This document shows positions 39,401-51,559 of a stretch of DNA of 64,000 nt, one piece after another (the stretch's first letter is position 1; each line of letters starts with the position of its first letter). Where the stretch lies: the NCBI GenBank assembly GCA_002104905.1, contig MCFE01000496.1, forward strand, positions 2,640-66,639. The letters run 5' to 3'. A program made the translations under genes and the position numbers. The notes beneath the pieces are model-generated. The model did not search any database. It was given only the letters and a program-made list of their open reading frames with translations, and was not told the origin of the DNA. Source of the stretch: Basidiobolus meristosporus CBS 931.73 (taxonomy: Eukaryota; Fungi; Basidiobolomycota).

Positions 39401-39732
39401 ATTGTTGTGATGAACCAATCAAAAGGCCATCACAGATTCTGAGTCCCATGACCAAGAGGTAATGATCCCATCAGGACACTCAGCAAAGACCATCAAAAAA
39501 TAATTGCATCCCAGATTTCATAATAAACTTGGTCAAATTTTTCATCACAATAGTGCAAAAGTGGCTTTTAATTGGTTCTCTGCCAATTTTTTCACTTTCT
39601 GATCCCAGACACTCTATCATCTCCTACATTTGTGTGCATTGATTGGCTATTGCTTCTTTTTCACACTCCTTACTTCCTGACTGAGCTGTTTCTCTTACTT
39701 TTCATGCATACAAATTCATTTATTTCTGTTGA

Positions 39733-39960
39733 AACTTCAGTTGTACCTCAATTGCCAATTGTGTTGACATATACAAGTCCCTATACCCTACACTAACATT
39801 AAGCCCAACCTCACACTCAGCAAGTAACTTCATTAAAACCCTAACCCTAACTTCAGTTGTACCTCAATTACCAATTGTATTGACCTGCACAAGCTGCTAT
39901 ACCCTACACTAACATTAAGCCCAACCCCACACTCAACAAGTAAATACATCAAAATCCACC
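39733..39960. repeat. Two-copy 116-bp tandem duplication joined by (CCCTAA)2
   Basis: AACTTCAGTTGTACCTCAATT at 39733 and 39849; ATACCCTACACTAACATTAAGCCCAACC present in both copies. Confidence 0.85.
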
Positions 39961-40759
39961 ACTTGACAAGTATTTCTGCTTAACACTCTATTTCCACAAC
40001 TTTAGTGGGAACCCTATGGCTTTATGCCATTGTTCATTCACTGGCTCCCATACATCCCAATCTTCAGCCAGCCTTTGCAATAAGTCCTTGCAATATTCAA
40101 GCATGTTTTCTTGAGCACTGCTCTTGAAGAAGTGCTGCAACCTCATGGTGTGCCTGTTAATGGACTTGGTCCATTGTTCCAGCTGATCATAGTGCCCAAT
40201 AGTGCCATAGCATGCCAGATGGGGCCTGATCATGCCACAGAGTGCCAGATGGTGCCATACAGTGCCAATTTGGGATCAAAATTGACACGCATATGACCCT
40301 AAAATATCAAATTAATAACAAAATATACAGCACTTTCTGGCACTATGATCAATGGCACAATGGAACAAGCCTAATGTTCCAAAACTCCACAAAAGGCATT
40401 GTGATAACCTTTTGAGTTCTTGATGTTGTTACTTTTCTGTCAGTGGGATTTCCACTCAGCCAACTATGAAGAAAATGGAGGCTGTGGTAAAAAAATTGCC
40501 TTTCTATGCAAACTCATCCACCTCACTGGAGTGTAGCTCAACTGGCTGTGCTTCTTGCTCTTGTGAAAACAGCTGTTTTCTTGTTGGTTATTCTTCTTGG
40601 CTATTATGGGACTTAGTCGGTTCTGGGCTCACAGTATTAATTGGCAGGAACTGCTGCTTTTTTCTCAAGCTTCCCTGTCTCTGGCTTAGATTGACTTCTC
40701 CCCCCATTTCTGTTATCACTGCCTGGTCTTTCACAGTTACTTTGTCCAAGTGCTACTTG

Positions 40760-40880
40760 TGTTGTAAAAATTTGTAATTCCATCTATACATTCACCTAAC
40801 TTGATCTCTTAGATCATCACCCTCAAATCCAAGAGAATACGGACTAGACTCCTTGTTGGGACTTAATTAGAATATTCTTA
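40760..40880 (+). repeat. 5' fragment of Copia LTR
   Basis: TGTTGTAAAAATTTGTAATTCC...CCTTGTTGGGA matches the LTR 5' end. Confidence 0.8.
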
Positions 40881-41363
40881 CCTTATTATTACTTGTTTCA
40901 GGATTTAGTGATCACTGGTTTGCAATGACTCAACATGATTGCAAAAAAAATGCATTGTTTAAATAATGACAAATGATAGCAATTCAATGCCATTGTATCA
41001 TTTTCTCCTAGGCCTTTTTCTCACAGGGATGACTACTGAAGCATATGGTAGTGATTTACTTTGTGTACCTAAGCTATTTCCTTGTCAACTATTGTCTGGG
41101 CCTCTTTGTACTTGTAGTCAGCATTTTGCTTCCTGGTTGATGAGTGCAGTGCTGGAGCTTGGCTGTACTGAGTTGCTCTAGATGATGTTACAGAACCAGC
41201 CTGAAGTGCAACACACTGATGCATTCTTTTACTTACCATAGGCTCAGGTGGTGGAGGCACTTCAAGTGGGTCATTGCCAGTCTGTTCATCATAGGTAACT
41301 TGCTGATGGTCAGGTATAATGGCATGCACAGGTACAGCTTGATGCATAGGCATGGTCTTTGGC

Positions 41364-41538
41364 AGAGTCTGATGTGATGCCACATGTTGATGCAACTTGG
41401 CCTGCCCCAATTGACTTTTGTCTAATCAAGCAGTTTGGCAAGTTCTGGTAAGAGTCTGATGTGATGCCACATGTTGATGCAACTTGGCCTGCCCCAATTG
41501 ACTTTTGTCTAATCAAGCAGTTTGGCAAGTTCTGGTAA
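41364..41538. repeat. Exact 87-bp tandem duplication
   Basis: AGAGTCTGATGTGATGCCAC...GTTCTGGTA at 41364 and 41451; no differences seen. Confidence 0.92.
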
Positions 41539-41611
41539 TTTTGCTTTGAACTACATGTGGTGACCCAGTGTATGGTGCTCTTGTAAAGGGTGTTGGTATA
41601 AATTGAACTGA

Positions 41612-41963
41612 TGTAGTGTAAAAGTCTTGGACATACAGGAAGTGATTGGGAGAACAAGTAGATGATATGGTTTTCACTTAATTATTTTTTTTAATGTAAG
41701 CATAGTATATATATTCTTACATTGTCTTGGCACAACAAACACATATAGTAGGTTTAGGAAGGCCCCAAGAGCATGTGTGCAAAGTTTGGGTCTGTTTGGG
41801 CAACTTTGAGAATTACTGTGTTCAGGATACCTGATATTTTGGTGAAAATATTGCAACTAAATCTCATCAAGTAATTTGGTAAGTACTCTCTAGGATTTGA
41901 AGGTAATGATCTAAATGACTAAGTTAGGTAACTATATATGGGGAATTCTGAATTTTTGCATGA
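41612..41963 (-). repeat. Copia LTR, degenerate, reverse orientation
   Basis: Reverse complement of the conserved LTR blocks (TGGTTTTCACTTAA, GTCTTGGC, CATGTGTGCAAAG). Confidence 0.8.
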
Positions 41964-42332
41964 TGTGCGCAGGTGTGCTGGTGCTGTGAGGGATGGTAGG
42001 GAATTGAGCAAGGCATGATGGCATAATCCAGATGCAGTTGTATGCAGACTGTATTCTTTTATTTGAAGCTCACCTACTTATTCCTCAAGGTACTTACTTA
42101 CCCACTGTCTGATACTTTGGAACTGTTGCCTTGATAAGTCCTGTGTATTTGCTCTTGGGAGCCACTTGCTCTACTAATATATCACTCAGTACATTAGTAA
42201 TCTGAGGCAAAAACCCATTCAAAATCTCCTTTATTACCAAAGCTGAGGCCCAGATGGATCCATCAAGTCCATACTGTGCAAATTGCATGCAGAATTGTTT
42301 GCATGCAGCTTCCTCATCAAATGCCCTTGCTG

Positions 42333-44370
42333 TATTATTAAAGTTTGTAAGTCCATCTAAATATTCATCTAACTTTGTCACTTAGATCATTATCTTCAAA
42401 TCCTAGAGAATACTGACCAAGCTCCTTGTTGGGATTCACTTAGAATACTTTCACCAAAATATCAGGTACCCAGAGCACAAAGATGCTGTAAGTTGTCTAA
42501 ACAGCCCCAAACTTTGCACAAGTATTTTTGGGACCTTCCTAAGCCTATTCCACATGTTTGTTATGCCAAGACCATGTCAAAGTATCAATACCACTTTTAC
42601 ATTCAATATATCATTAAGTGAAAACCACATGATCTACATGTTCTCCCAATCACTTCCAATATCTCCAAGACTCTTACAGCAGGGTATGAGCCCCAAGCTG
42701 TCACTCTGTGCAATGTTTACTACTGCTACTACTGGAAGTCTTCCCTCAACTGAAAAGTTGGATGCATTTAACTACCAAGTGTTGAAGGTGAAGATGAAGA
42801 TACTGCTACAAGAGAGAGGCCTTTGGAATCTTGTCATGGGAGAAGGATGCCCTCCTAAAAGTGTAGGAGAGGAAGCCTTGAAGTACCAGAAGTAAGAACA
42901 AAGTGTCTTTAACTGTTTTTGCCTTATTGTTAAAAACAGATTGCAAGTTCAATGCTCAAGAGCAAAAGCAGCAGTGAATGCCTGGAAAGTATTAGTAAAC
43001 ATCTACCAGTCCTATTCAGCTGCTAAGAAAATGTATCATAGACAAAAGCTCTTTACTACAAAGAAGCTGCCAGGAGAAGAAATGAAAAATCTAATTAGCA
43101 GAATACCCTGCTAGCAGTTGGATGGATTCTATGGGTGTACCAACTACTGATGTAAATTTGATAGTTAACATGTTGAATAGCAAGCCAGACAGGTTTCAGG
43201 GCCTTGTATCAGCTCTAGAGTCTAGAACCAAAGATTTGACCTCAGATTACATATATAGAGGCTCCTGGATGAAGAATTAAAAAAATCATACACTCACAAG
43301 GAGGAAAAAGTAAATGCTTTGATAAGCAATGATAACCAGTGAAGAAGATACCCAAGACACTTCAAAGGCAATACCAACCTGTTTGCAACTACTGCTAAAG
43401 GAAAGGACACATATTAGACCGGGGCCTCAAAAAGAGAGATAGTCAGCAGAAAAAGCATGAATATGAAAGTGCTGAAACAATTGAAGTTAAACTATTGGTA
43501 TCTGCACTAAGTATGACCGCAAACAAGATTTCTCACATGTGGTATTTTGACTCTAGAGCATTTCAACACATTATGCACCAGAAGGAACTTTTACCCAACA
43601 TCCAGATATTCTAATTAAAAAGATTTGCATGGGTGATAATAGAATCCTTGATTTAGCTGGAGAGGGTACTTTCAATGTAAACCTTAGAAGTAGTGAAAGA
43701 AGCCATACACCTACCTTCAGAGAAATGCACTATGTATCAGAAGCAGCTAAGAATCTGCTATTTCTAAGCAAGACCATAACAGTAGGATCCAGTTTCAGCT
43801 TTGCCAATGCTGGCTGCAGGATGATTGACAAAATGGTGCCAAAATTGCATTGGGCATCCAAAATCAGAATCTATACAAATTGACATATGTTTCATCATAT
43901 CTGGAGGCCAATTCAAGTAACTTAAATGAGGAAACATCATTCCTTTGGTACAGGAGACTGAGACAAGTCAGTTTTGATTATTTGAGCAAAATGATCAAAT
44001 ATCAGCTAATATCTGGAGTAAAAACTGATTCCCCAGCAGGTTTCAAGCACTATAAGGCCTGCATATATGGGAGACAAGCCAGACAACTGTTCAAGAGCTC
44101 TGCATTAAACAAAACTAAGAAAAAACTAGATCTAGTTCACTCAGATTTGTGTGAGCTTATGCAAAATTTATCCTTAGAGAGGATGAAGTATTTTATCACA
44201 TTTACAATTGATTATGCAACATACATATGGGTTGACCTCATGGGGAGAAAGGAGGAAGCTTTGTGTGGGTCAAGGAGTCTAGGGCCATGGGGGAGGGTGA
44301 AACTGGTGAAAAAATCAAGAAAATATGCTCTGACAATGGTAGAGAATAAACCTCAGAACTCCCTATGAAA
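42333..44370 (+). mobile_element. Decayed Copia element: LTR to 42681, PBS, gag, protease, pre-integrase, integrase start
   Basis: PBS GGGTATGAGCCCC, KLDAFNYQVLKVKMK, WYFDS, LWYRRL, LDLVHSDLC, YFITFTIDY. Confidence 0.88.
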
Positions 44371-45658
44371 ATAAATTGGTTCTGTGGGTGAATCTAATCC
44401 AGATTAGCTGTCAGAATCCCATCAGGAGACTGCTATAATACCAGCAGCTTGGAATTAATGACCCTCAACACAATCTTCTGATGGGATTATAATGGCATAT
44501 GGCTAATTTTACCATCATATAAAGTTGAAAAACAATAAGTTGTTTGGGTGGTGTTTGGCCAGGGATTGCATGGCATTGCTGCAGTCTTTGTGTGCAATGC
44601 AACTATTGGAGAGGATCCAACCAGCCAGTACAACTAATTACCTCATATGGCAAAAAACTCAACAGTGTTTTGAAAGCCTCAACACAAGCTTCCAATGGTA
44701 TCATTATGGCAGTATAGTGGCCTGCAGCTAGTTCTGTATAATGCTACTGTACCAATATACCAAATGGTATTTCCTTTTTTTACCTCCTCTTGCACAATTA
44801 ATATATTTCACTGTAGAATCACTCCTGCTTATTTGCTTACCCACTACTCCCTTGGGTATTTCACATATAGTTTGAGTCAAAAAAAATATGGACTCCTGCA
44901 TACTAACCCCTACATATGTGCATACCTGCCACAATTGACACACTTCTATCACCTTAACTTTACAGCTTTTTAGTGTGATACTTACAAAGTTGCCATATAT
45001 CTTGTATTGCTGGTAACATATACATCTTGCAAACATTTGCTTGGCTGCCAGCACTTCTACCATGAAAACCTCCTGAATATGTGCAACAACCTTTTTGATA
45101 TATAGTCAATATATTCCTTCTCCCTGCTGGATTATAGCCCCCTGTTAGGTGCACTCTAGCTCTTTTTTGTGTGAAATCTGCATTGAATGGTGTAGAAATT
45201 AGCTTGTGACCAAAAGAAACCTGGCATACTCCGGTAGAGTCCTGCTAATAGAAATTAGTTGCTTGTTGCACCCAACCCAACTTTGCATTACTTAACTGAT
45301 TACCCATGCATTGGGGCTCCTTAGCTTCTTACTACTTTAGGCATTGGTGTCTCCATGTGCACATCTGTCCTCAGCATTTTCCAATTCTTCCTGGCTGTCC
45401 TCCATATGCCAGCTCATCACATCCATGATGCACTTGAAAGTAATATTCTTGATGAGATTAGGATATGGTAGTACCAGCTACTTGCCTTGTCTTCCTATCT
45501 CTCTACACATTGCTCTACAAGAGACTTCAAAAAGGGGAAGCCAGACCCAATATTCTCCAGACACCAAGCCAGATAAAGTAGAAAGTAGATATGGTAGTGT
45601 CAGAGATCTACATGTTCAGCTTTATGTTTGCAATATAGCCGCTCAAACATGCTACAAA

Positions 45659-46179
45659 TGTTATGAATAGACACAAGGCAGGAGGAAAAGCTAGGCATGG
45701 CAGGAAAGGACTTAGGTGTGGACCTTCAGGGCAAGGCAGGATTCAAGGCAAGGCTGTTTATTCAAGACCTGTGTTTATCAGACTGAGGAATGCTTAAGGG
45801 GGGATAGGACTATAAATACTTTTTGGCTATACTGATGCCGAGAGATATTAGCTAATACTAATGGGGTTGTGGGGTGAGGCACAGCAATGGCACTGGGGAT
45901 AATGACATAGATGACACGGCACTGAGACAGGATGGGGAAATGGATTGGGTCACCTGATCATGTGACTAAGTCATGTAACCTGGTATTTCCATATATGGTA
46001 CTGGACTATGAAAAATACAATGGAAAGCTTCCATGGAATGTTCCATTGTGTAACAATGGTTTGGAATGGTCAGGAACTTTCTGGAAGGTGGTAGAAGGTT
46101 CCAGAAGGAATCTCTTAGAAATTGAGCTAGGAAGCTGAAACTTGGCATGGGTGTTCATGGTTGTCATGTGATCATGATA
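45659..46179 (-). repeat. 3' LTR of the chromodomain Ty3
   Basis: Direct repeat of 51039-51559; first dinucleotide mutated TG to TA. Confidence 0.97.
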
Positions 46180-49100
46180 CTATTCTCCTCTTCCAGGCAA
46201 AGCTCTGTTTCCCTGTGGGGCAGGTTTTGCAGGATATTGTTGGTGGAACTGGGTGACTAGTTCTTGACAATTAGTGAGATGGGTAGCTGGTTCCCATGTT
46301 TGGTCACTAGGATCATAACCATTCCAGTCTACTAAGTAGTACAGCTTTGACCGGATATACTTGGAGTCTAGAATCTGTTTAACTTCAAATTCTTGATGTT
46401 GGTCAACCTGGATGGCTTGGGGCTTTGCTTCTTGCCGGTTTGGCAATGTGTTCCTACAATGCGGCTCCAGGAGGGAAACATGGAAAGTATCATGGATTTT
46501 CATACTTGCTGGTAACTGTAGCTGATATACTATAGGGCTAAGCTTCTTCTTGATCTTGAAGGGACCAAGTTTCTTGAAATCCAACTTGTCACAAGGGCGG
46601 TTGGTGCTGATGTTTCTTCTGAGCAGCCATACAAAATCTCCTTCATTAAGATCAGGGCTGGGATGCCGTTTTAGATTGGCAAATTTCTTGTAGCTTTCCT
46701 GAGCTAAGGATAGTTCTTCCTTGAGGGTATCTGGATGTCCTGGATTGCTTGGGCATGTTCAGCTGCGTGTGGGCTCATTGGGTTTGTTGGAATCTGGATA
46801 TCAAACTGAGGGTTGAATCCATAGTTTGCATAGAATGGTGTAAAACCGGTTGCACTATGGCTTGAGTTGTTGTAGGCAAACTCAGCAACAGGGAGTAGAT
46901 CAACCCAATTGTCTTGCTGGTAATTGATATAGCACCGGAGGTATTGCTCTAGAATCTGGTTGATTCTTTCAGTCTGGCCATCAGACTGTGGATGGAAGGC
47001 AGTAGAGAGCTTGACTTGAACACCAAGGTATTGCATGAAGTGTTTCCAAAACTTGGACACAAACTGTGGGCCTCTATCTGACACAATATCACTGGGGATA
47101 CCATGAAGGCGGAAAATATTCTTCAGGACTAAAGCAGCAGTTTCTTTTGCATCAGTGTTCTTACAGCAAGGGATAAAGTGAGCCATCTTGGTCAGCCGGT
47201 GAGCCACTACAAGTATAGCATTGAAGCCACATGACTCAGGGAGGTCAGTAATGAAGTCCATAGATATAGATCTCCATTGGTGTTCTGGGATAGGCAAGGG
47301 CTGAAGAAGTCCATAGGGCTGGTGTCTGGCTGGTTTTGCACGGTTGCAAATATCACAAGTCAGAATGTACTCTTTGATAAGAGTTATCATTATAGGCCAC
47401 CAGAAATCTCTTTTGATAGCATTCAAGGTTTTGGCAGTACCAAAGTGGCCTGCAGCCATTGAATCATGCCGAGACTTAATGATGTCTAGCTGGGTGGCAA
47501 GGTCTGGGACATAGAGCTGCTGCTTGTGGTAGATGAGGTTGTTTACCAAATGCAGGTTCTGGATGTTTGGGAACTTGGGAGGGGGCCCAATTGGGGATTC
47601 CAGATATTTCTTCACAGTGTTGGAAGTCATATCAGAGGCTTGGGCTTCTGATATCCTTACTAGGAATGAAGGGATGACAAGACTTGAGGACTGGGTGGCA
47701 AGAATCTCAAAATGTTTCTTGCTCAGCAATGGGTGTTCCATTTGCCAACAGGCATCATCTCCCTCTTCCAGGGCATATTCCTTTTTTCTGGACAGGGCAT
47801 CAGGCTTTCCTTGTTTTGCACCAGGTCTATAGGTGATAGTAAAGTCAAAGCTGGACAGGAAAAGTGACCATCTGGCTTGTCTCTGGTTTAGTACTTTGGA
47901 AGTTGCAAAGTACTCAAGGTTCTTATGGTCACAGAAGACTTTGATTTTGTGTTTTGCACCGTCCAGGTAGTGTCTCCATTGCTCAAAGGCTACAATGATG
48001 GCAAGCAACTTCTTATCATAGATATCATAGTTGATCTCTGCAGGGGAAAACTTGCAAGAGTAGAATGCAATGGGGTGCAACACATTGTCCTCATCATACT
48101 GGGAGAGTATGGCACCAAGGGCAAAATCAGAAGCATCAGTCTCCACTATGAATTGCTTCTCAAGGTCAGGGTGGGCAAGTAGAGGGGCCTTCAGGAAAGA
48201 TTTCTTGAGTTGGTTGAATGAGCTGGATTGCTCCTCGTTCCAGGCAAAAGGTGTGTTCTTCTGGGTAAGCTTTGTCAGAGGGGTAACTATCTTGGAGTAG
48301 TTGGCTATGAACCTGCAATAGAAGTTGGCAAATCCCAGGAAGGATTGTACTTCCTTGACTGAGCTTAGAGTTTTCCAGGACTGGACTGAGTCAACTTTCT
48401 TTGGGTCCATTCTTGTTCCCTCAGGGCTGATGAGGTAACCAAGAAATTCCACTTCTCTCTGGTCAAATTCACACTTCTCTAGCTTGGCATAGAGACCGGC
48501 AGAGTCTAGTTTTCTCAATACTTTCTTGACATGTTCATCATGTTCATCTTGGCTCTTGGAGTATATGAGAATATCATCAAGGTAGATTACCACAAACTGG
48601 TCAAGGTATTCACGGAATATGTCATTCATGAGGTGTTGAAACACAGCAGGGGCATTGGTGAGGCCAAATGGCATTACTTTGTACTCAAAGTGACCATATC
48701 TTGTGCAAAAGGCAGTTTTCCATTCATCACCAGGCTTGATTCTGACAAGATTGTAAGCTCCTCTCAAGTCTATCTTGGTGAAGACTTGGGCAGCAGATAG
48801 CTGATCCAACAGTTTGTTGATCAGGGGCAGGGGGTAGCGGTTCTTGACTGTGATCTTATTCAAAGCACGGTAGTCCACACACATTCTGAGGGTGCCATCC
48901 TTCTTCTTGACAAAGAGGATTGGGGCTCCAGCAGGTGATTTGGAGTGCTGAATAAAACCCTTCTGGAGGTTTTCTTGAATATAACCATGGAGTTCTTTCA
49001 ACTCTGGCTGGGAGAGGTTATATATTGGGCCAAATGGAGGGACTTTTCCATCTTCAAGGTCAATAGGGCAGTCATAAGGCCAATGGTCAGGGAGGAGTTC

Positions 49101-49694
49101 TGCTTTCTTCTTGTCAAAGACATGGGCAAACTCTTGGTACTTGGCTGGTATAGTTGCTGAGGGGGCTCCTTCAGCTGGCAAGGTATCTTGGGCTGTTGAA
49201 CTGTTGGCAACCGTCTTTTCACGGTTATCAGGGTCTAGAGATTTCATGGAGTTGACTTGGTGGGATCTGGTGAATGACAGGATCTTGGATTTCCAATCAA
49301 TACTTGGATTGTGGTAGCTCAACCATGAGCTTCCAAGCACAATAGGATAGTGTGGTGAGTTGATGATGTTGAAGGCGATTCTTTCTTGGTGGGCAGTACT
49401 GGACAGCTGGAGTAAGCATGTTTCATGGGTAACGGCACCAGAGGAGAGTGATCTTCCATCAATAACTTCTACTTGGACTGGACAGGATTTCAAGGTAACA
49501 GGAATAGAGTGCTTCTGGACAAAGGCTTGGTCAATGAAACAGGATGAAGCACCGGAATCAATCAGGGCTAGGGCTGGGACAGGACCAGAGTCAGGGATCT
49601 GGATTTTGACAGGCATTCTCAAGGACTGGATAGATTTTGTGGCAAAGGAAGATTCTTGGATATGCTGGATTTTCATGGGTGGGTCCAGTTGCAA
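46180..49694 (-). pseudogene. Ty3 pol (PR-RT-RNase H-integrase-chromodomain) with one frameshift near 46730
   Basis: LIDSGAS, YLDD, ETDASD, H-H-C-C zinc finger, SMDFIT, SDRGPQF, QTER. After the frameshift: GPFKI and chromodomain FEVKQIL...YLVDWNGYDPSDQTWEP. Confidence 0.95.
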
Positions 49695-49699
49695 GCCTG

Positions 49700-50662
49700 T
49701 CAGTGCAACTGGACATTGGAGTTTCCCGGCAGATCTGGATCAGGTTGGTTGCTGGAGGACTGCATCAGCTTGAAGCTGGACTTCTTGTTGGGGCAGGACT
49801 TGGCAAAGTGACCTGGTTGGCCACAGTATAGACAGAGGTTGGCTTGTTGACGTCTGGACTTTTCACTCTTTGATAGTTTCTTGTATTTGGCACTATCAAT
49901 CTGCATAGGATCTTCTGGAGTGACTTGGGGAGCAGGAGGAGCTGGGACTGCAACAGGAATGTGTCTTTGACAATTCTTTTGCTTCTTCTGAAATACTCTG
50001 TTATCACACTGGATTGCTTGGTGCATAGCTTCAACCAATGTATTTGGATCTGGGAGTGTGAGTAGCAGATCACAAACTTCATCATTAAGGCAATCTTGAA
50101 ATTGGCTTATCAAGGCTGCTTGACCCCAGGAGCTGTGGTCACTGGAGAGTTGTTGGAATTCTGAGGCATAGACTGATGCTGGTTTGTTCCCTTGTTTGAG
50201 GGTCTTGATCTTGTTGGCAGCAGTTCTGGCTTGGTCAAGGTTACCAAATGTTAGCTCCATTTCAGTGAGAAAGGCTTGGTAGTCTCTGAGGAGGGGAGAG
50301 TTGGTCTCCACTAATGGGGAGAACCACTTGAGAGCTGTACCAGTAAGCAGGTTGGAGATGAAACCAACTTTGGCCTGGTCAGTGGGGTACCGGTTGGGCT
50401 GGAGTGCAAGATTGCTCTTCACCATGTTGATGAAGCCACGGAATTCATTCTGAGAGCCATTGAACTTGGTAGCAGGAGTATACTTGGGTTCTTGGTAGAC
50501 TGGGACATGGCTAGTTTGCTGGGCACTTTGGTTCTGGAACTGAGCAAGAGTGTTTCTGAGGTCTACATGGTCTTGCTGCAGTTGGGTAAAGGCAGCCATG
50601 AGCTGGGCAAAGTTCAGCTCTAGGTTGGACATGGTAGCAGAGGAAGGCGGATGAACTTGCAA
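49700..50662 (-). CDS. Ty3 gag (retrotrans_gag + CCHC zinc knuckle)
   Basis: PATKFNGS, LTGTALKWF, PMQID, CLYCGQPGHFAKSC. Confidence 0.95.
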   Translation of the reverse strand: MQVHPPSSATMSNLELNFAQLMAAFTQLQQDHVDLRNTLAQFQNQSAQQTSHVPVYQEPKYTPATKFNGSQNEFRGFINMVKSNLALQPNRYPTDQAKVGFISNLLTGTALKWFSPLVETNSPLLRDYQAFLTEMELTFGNLDQARTAANKIKTLKQGNKPASVYASEFQQLSSDHSSWGQAALISQFQDCLNDEVCDLLLTLPDPNTLVEAMHQAIQCDNRVFQKKQKNCQRHIPVAVPAPPAPQVTPEDPMQIDSAKYKKLSKSEKSRRQQANLCLYCGQPGHFAKSCPNKKSSFKLMQSSSNQPDPDLPGNSNVQLH

Positions 50663-51038
50663 GGAATACTGGAATATGCTAAACTAGGTTGTGGGTTTGT
50701 AAAGCCACTAGTATGTCAAGAATACAACTATTGAGCCACAATCCCCAACTTAAATAAGTTAGCGTCACTTCAGAAGGTACTGGTTTCAACATCCTTTGAT
50801 AGAGTATTGTACTAAAGCTTCCAGTACTGTAACAACTGTAAACTCCACCAGCAGGGTAATAAAGTGAATGCAGCTTTGACCAATAGTTTTACAAAGATAA
50901 AGTATCTTTGCCTTTATAGGACAAGACTAGGGAAAGATGATGGGTGATACTTACGGTGAGTATTCCTTTTACAAGTTTTCTTCAAACTTTGAGCAGAAGG
51001 CAGGGATCCACAGGTAAGTCAGGAGAGTCTGATAAAAC

Positions 51039-51559
51039 TGTTATGAATAGACACAAGGCAGGAGGAAAAGCTAGGCACGGCAGGAAAGGACTTAGGTGCA
51101 GACCTTCAGGGCAAGGCAGGATTCAAGGCAAGGCTGTTTATTCAAGACCTGTGTTTATCAGACTGAGGAATGCTTAAGGGGGGATAGGACTATATATACT
51201 TTTTGGCTATACTGATGCCAAGAGATATTAGCTAATACTAATGGGGTTGCGGGGTGAGGCACAGCAATGGCACTGGGGATAATGACATAGATGACACGGC
51301 ACTGAGACAGGATGGGGAAATGGATTGGGTCACCTGATCACGTGACTAAGTCATGTGACGTGGTATTTCCATATATGGTACTGGACTATGAAAAATACAA
51401 TGGAAAGCTTCCATGGAATGTTCCATTGTGTAACAATGGTTTGGAATGGTCAGGAACTTTCTGGAAGGTGGTAGAAGGTTCCAGAAGGAATCTCTTAGAA
51501 ATTGAGCTAGGAAGCTGAAACTTGGCATGGGTGTTCATGGTTGTCATGTGATCATGACA
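51039..51559 (-). repeat. 5' LTR of the chromodomain Ty3, with TATA box and HSE array
   Basis: TGTCATG...ATAACA on the minus strand. TATATATA near 51191-51198; GAA/TTC pentamer array at 51443-51487. Confidence 0.97.

Larger units (their letters stand above)
45659..51559 (-). mobile_element. Full-length chromodomain Ty3/Gypsy LTR retrotransposon (Tf1/sushi-like)
   Basis: Two 521-bp LTRs with ~10 differences, 5-bp TSD ACAAA (45654-45658 / 51560-51564), PPT GGAAGAGGAGAATAG next to the 3' LTR, gag and pol ORFs. Confidence 0.98.

Noticed and set aside
46704-49694. Classical RIP (CpA/TpG-directed) as the cause of TE decay
   Set aside because: The LTR differences and Arg-codon losses centre on CpG, and long ORFs remain free of the many stops RIP usually creates.
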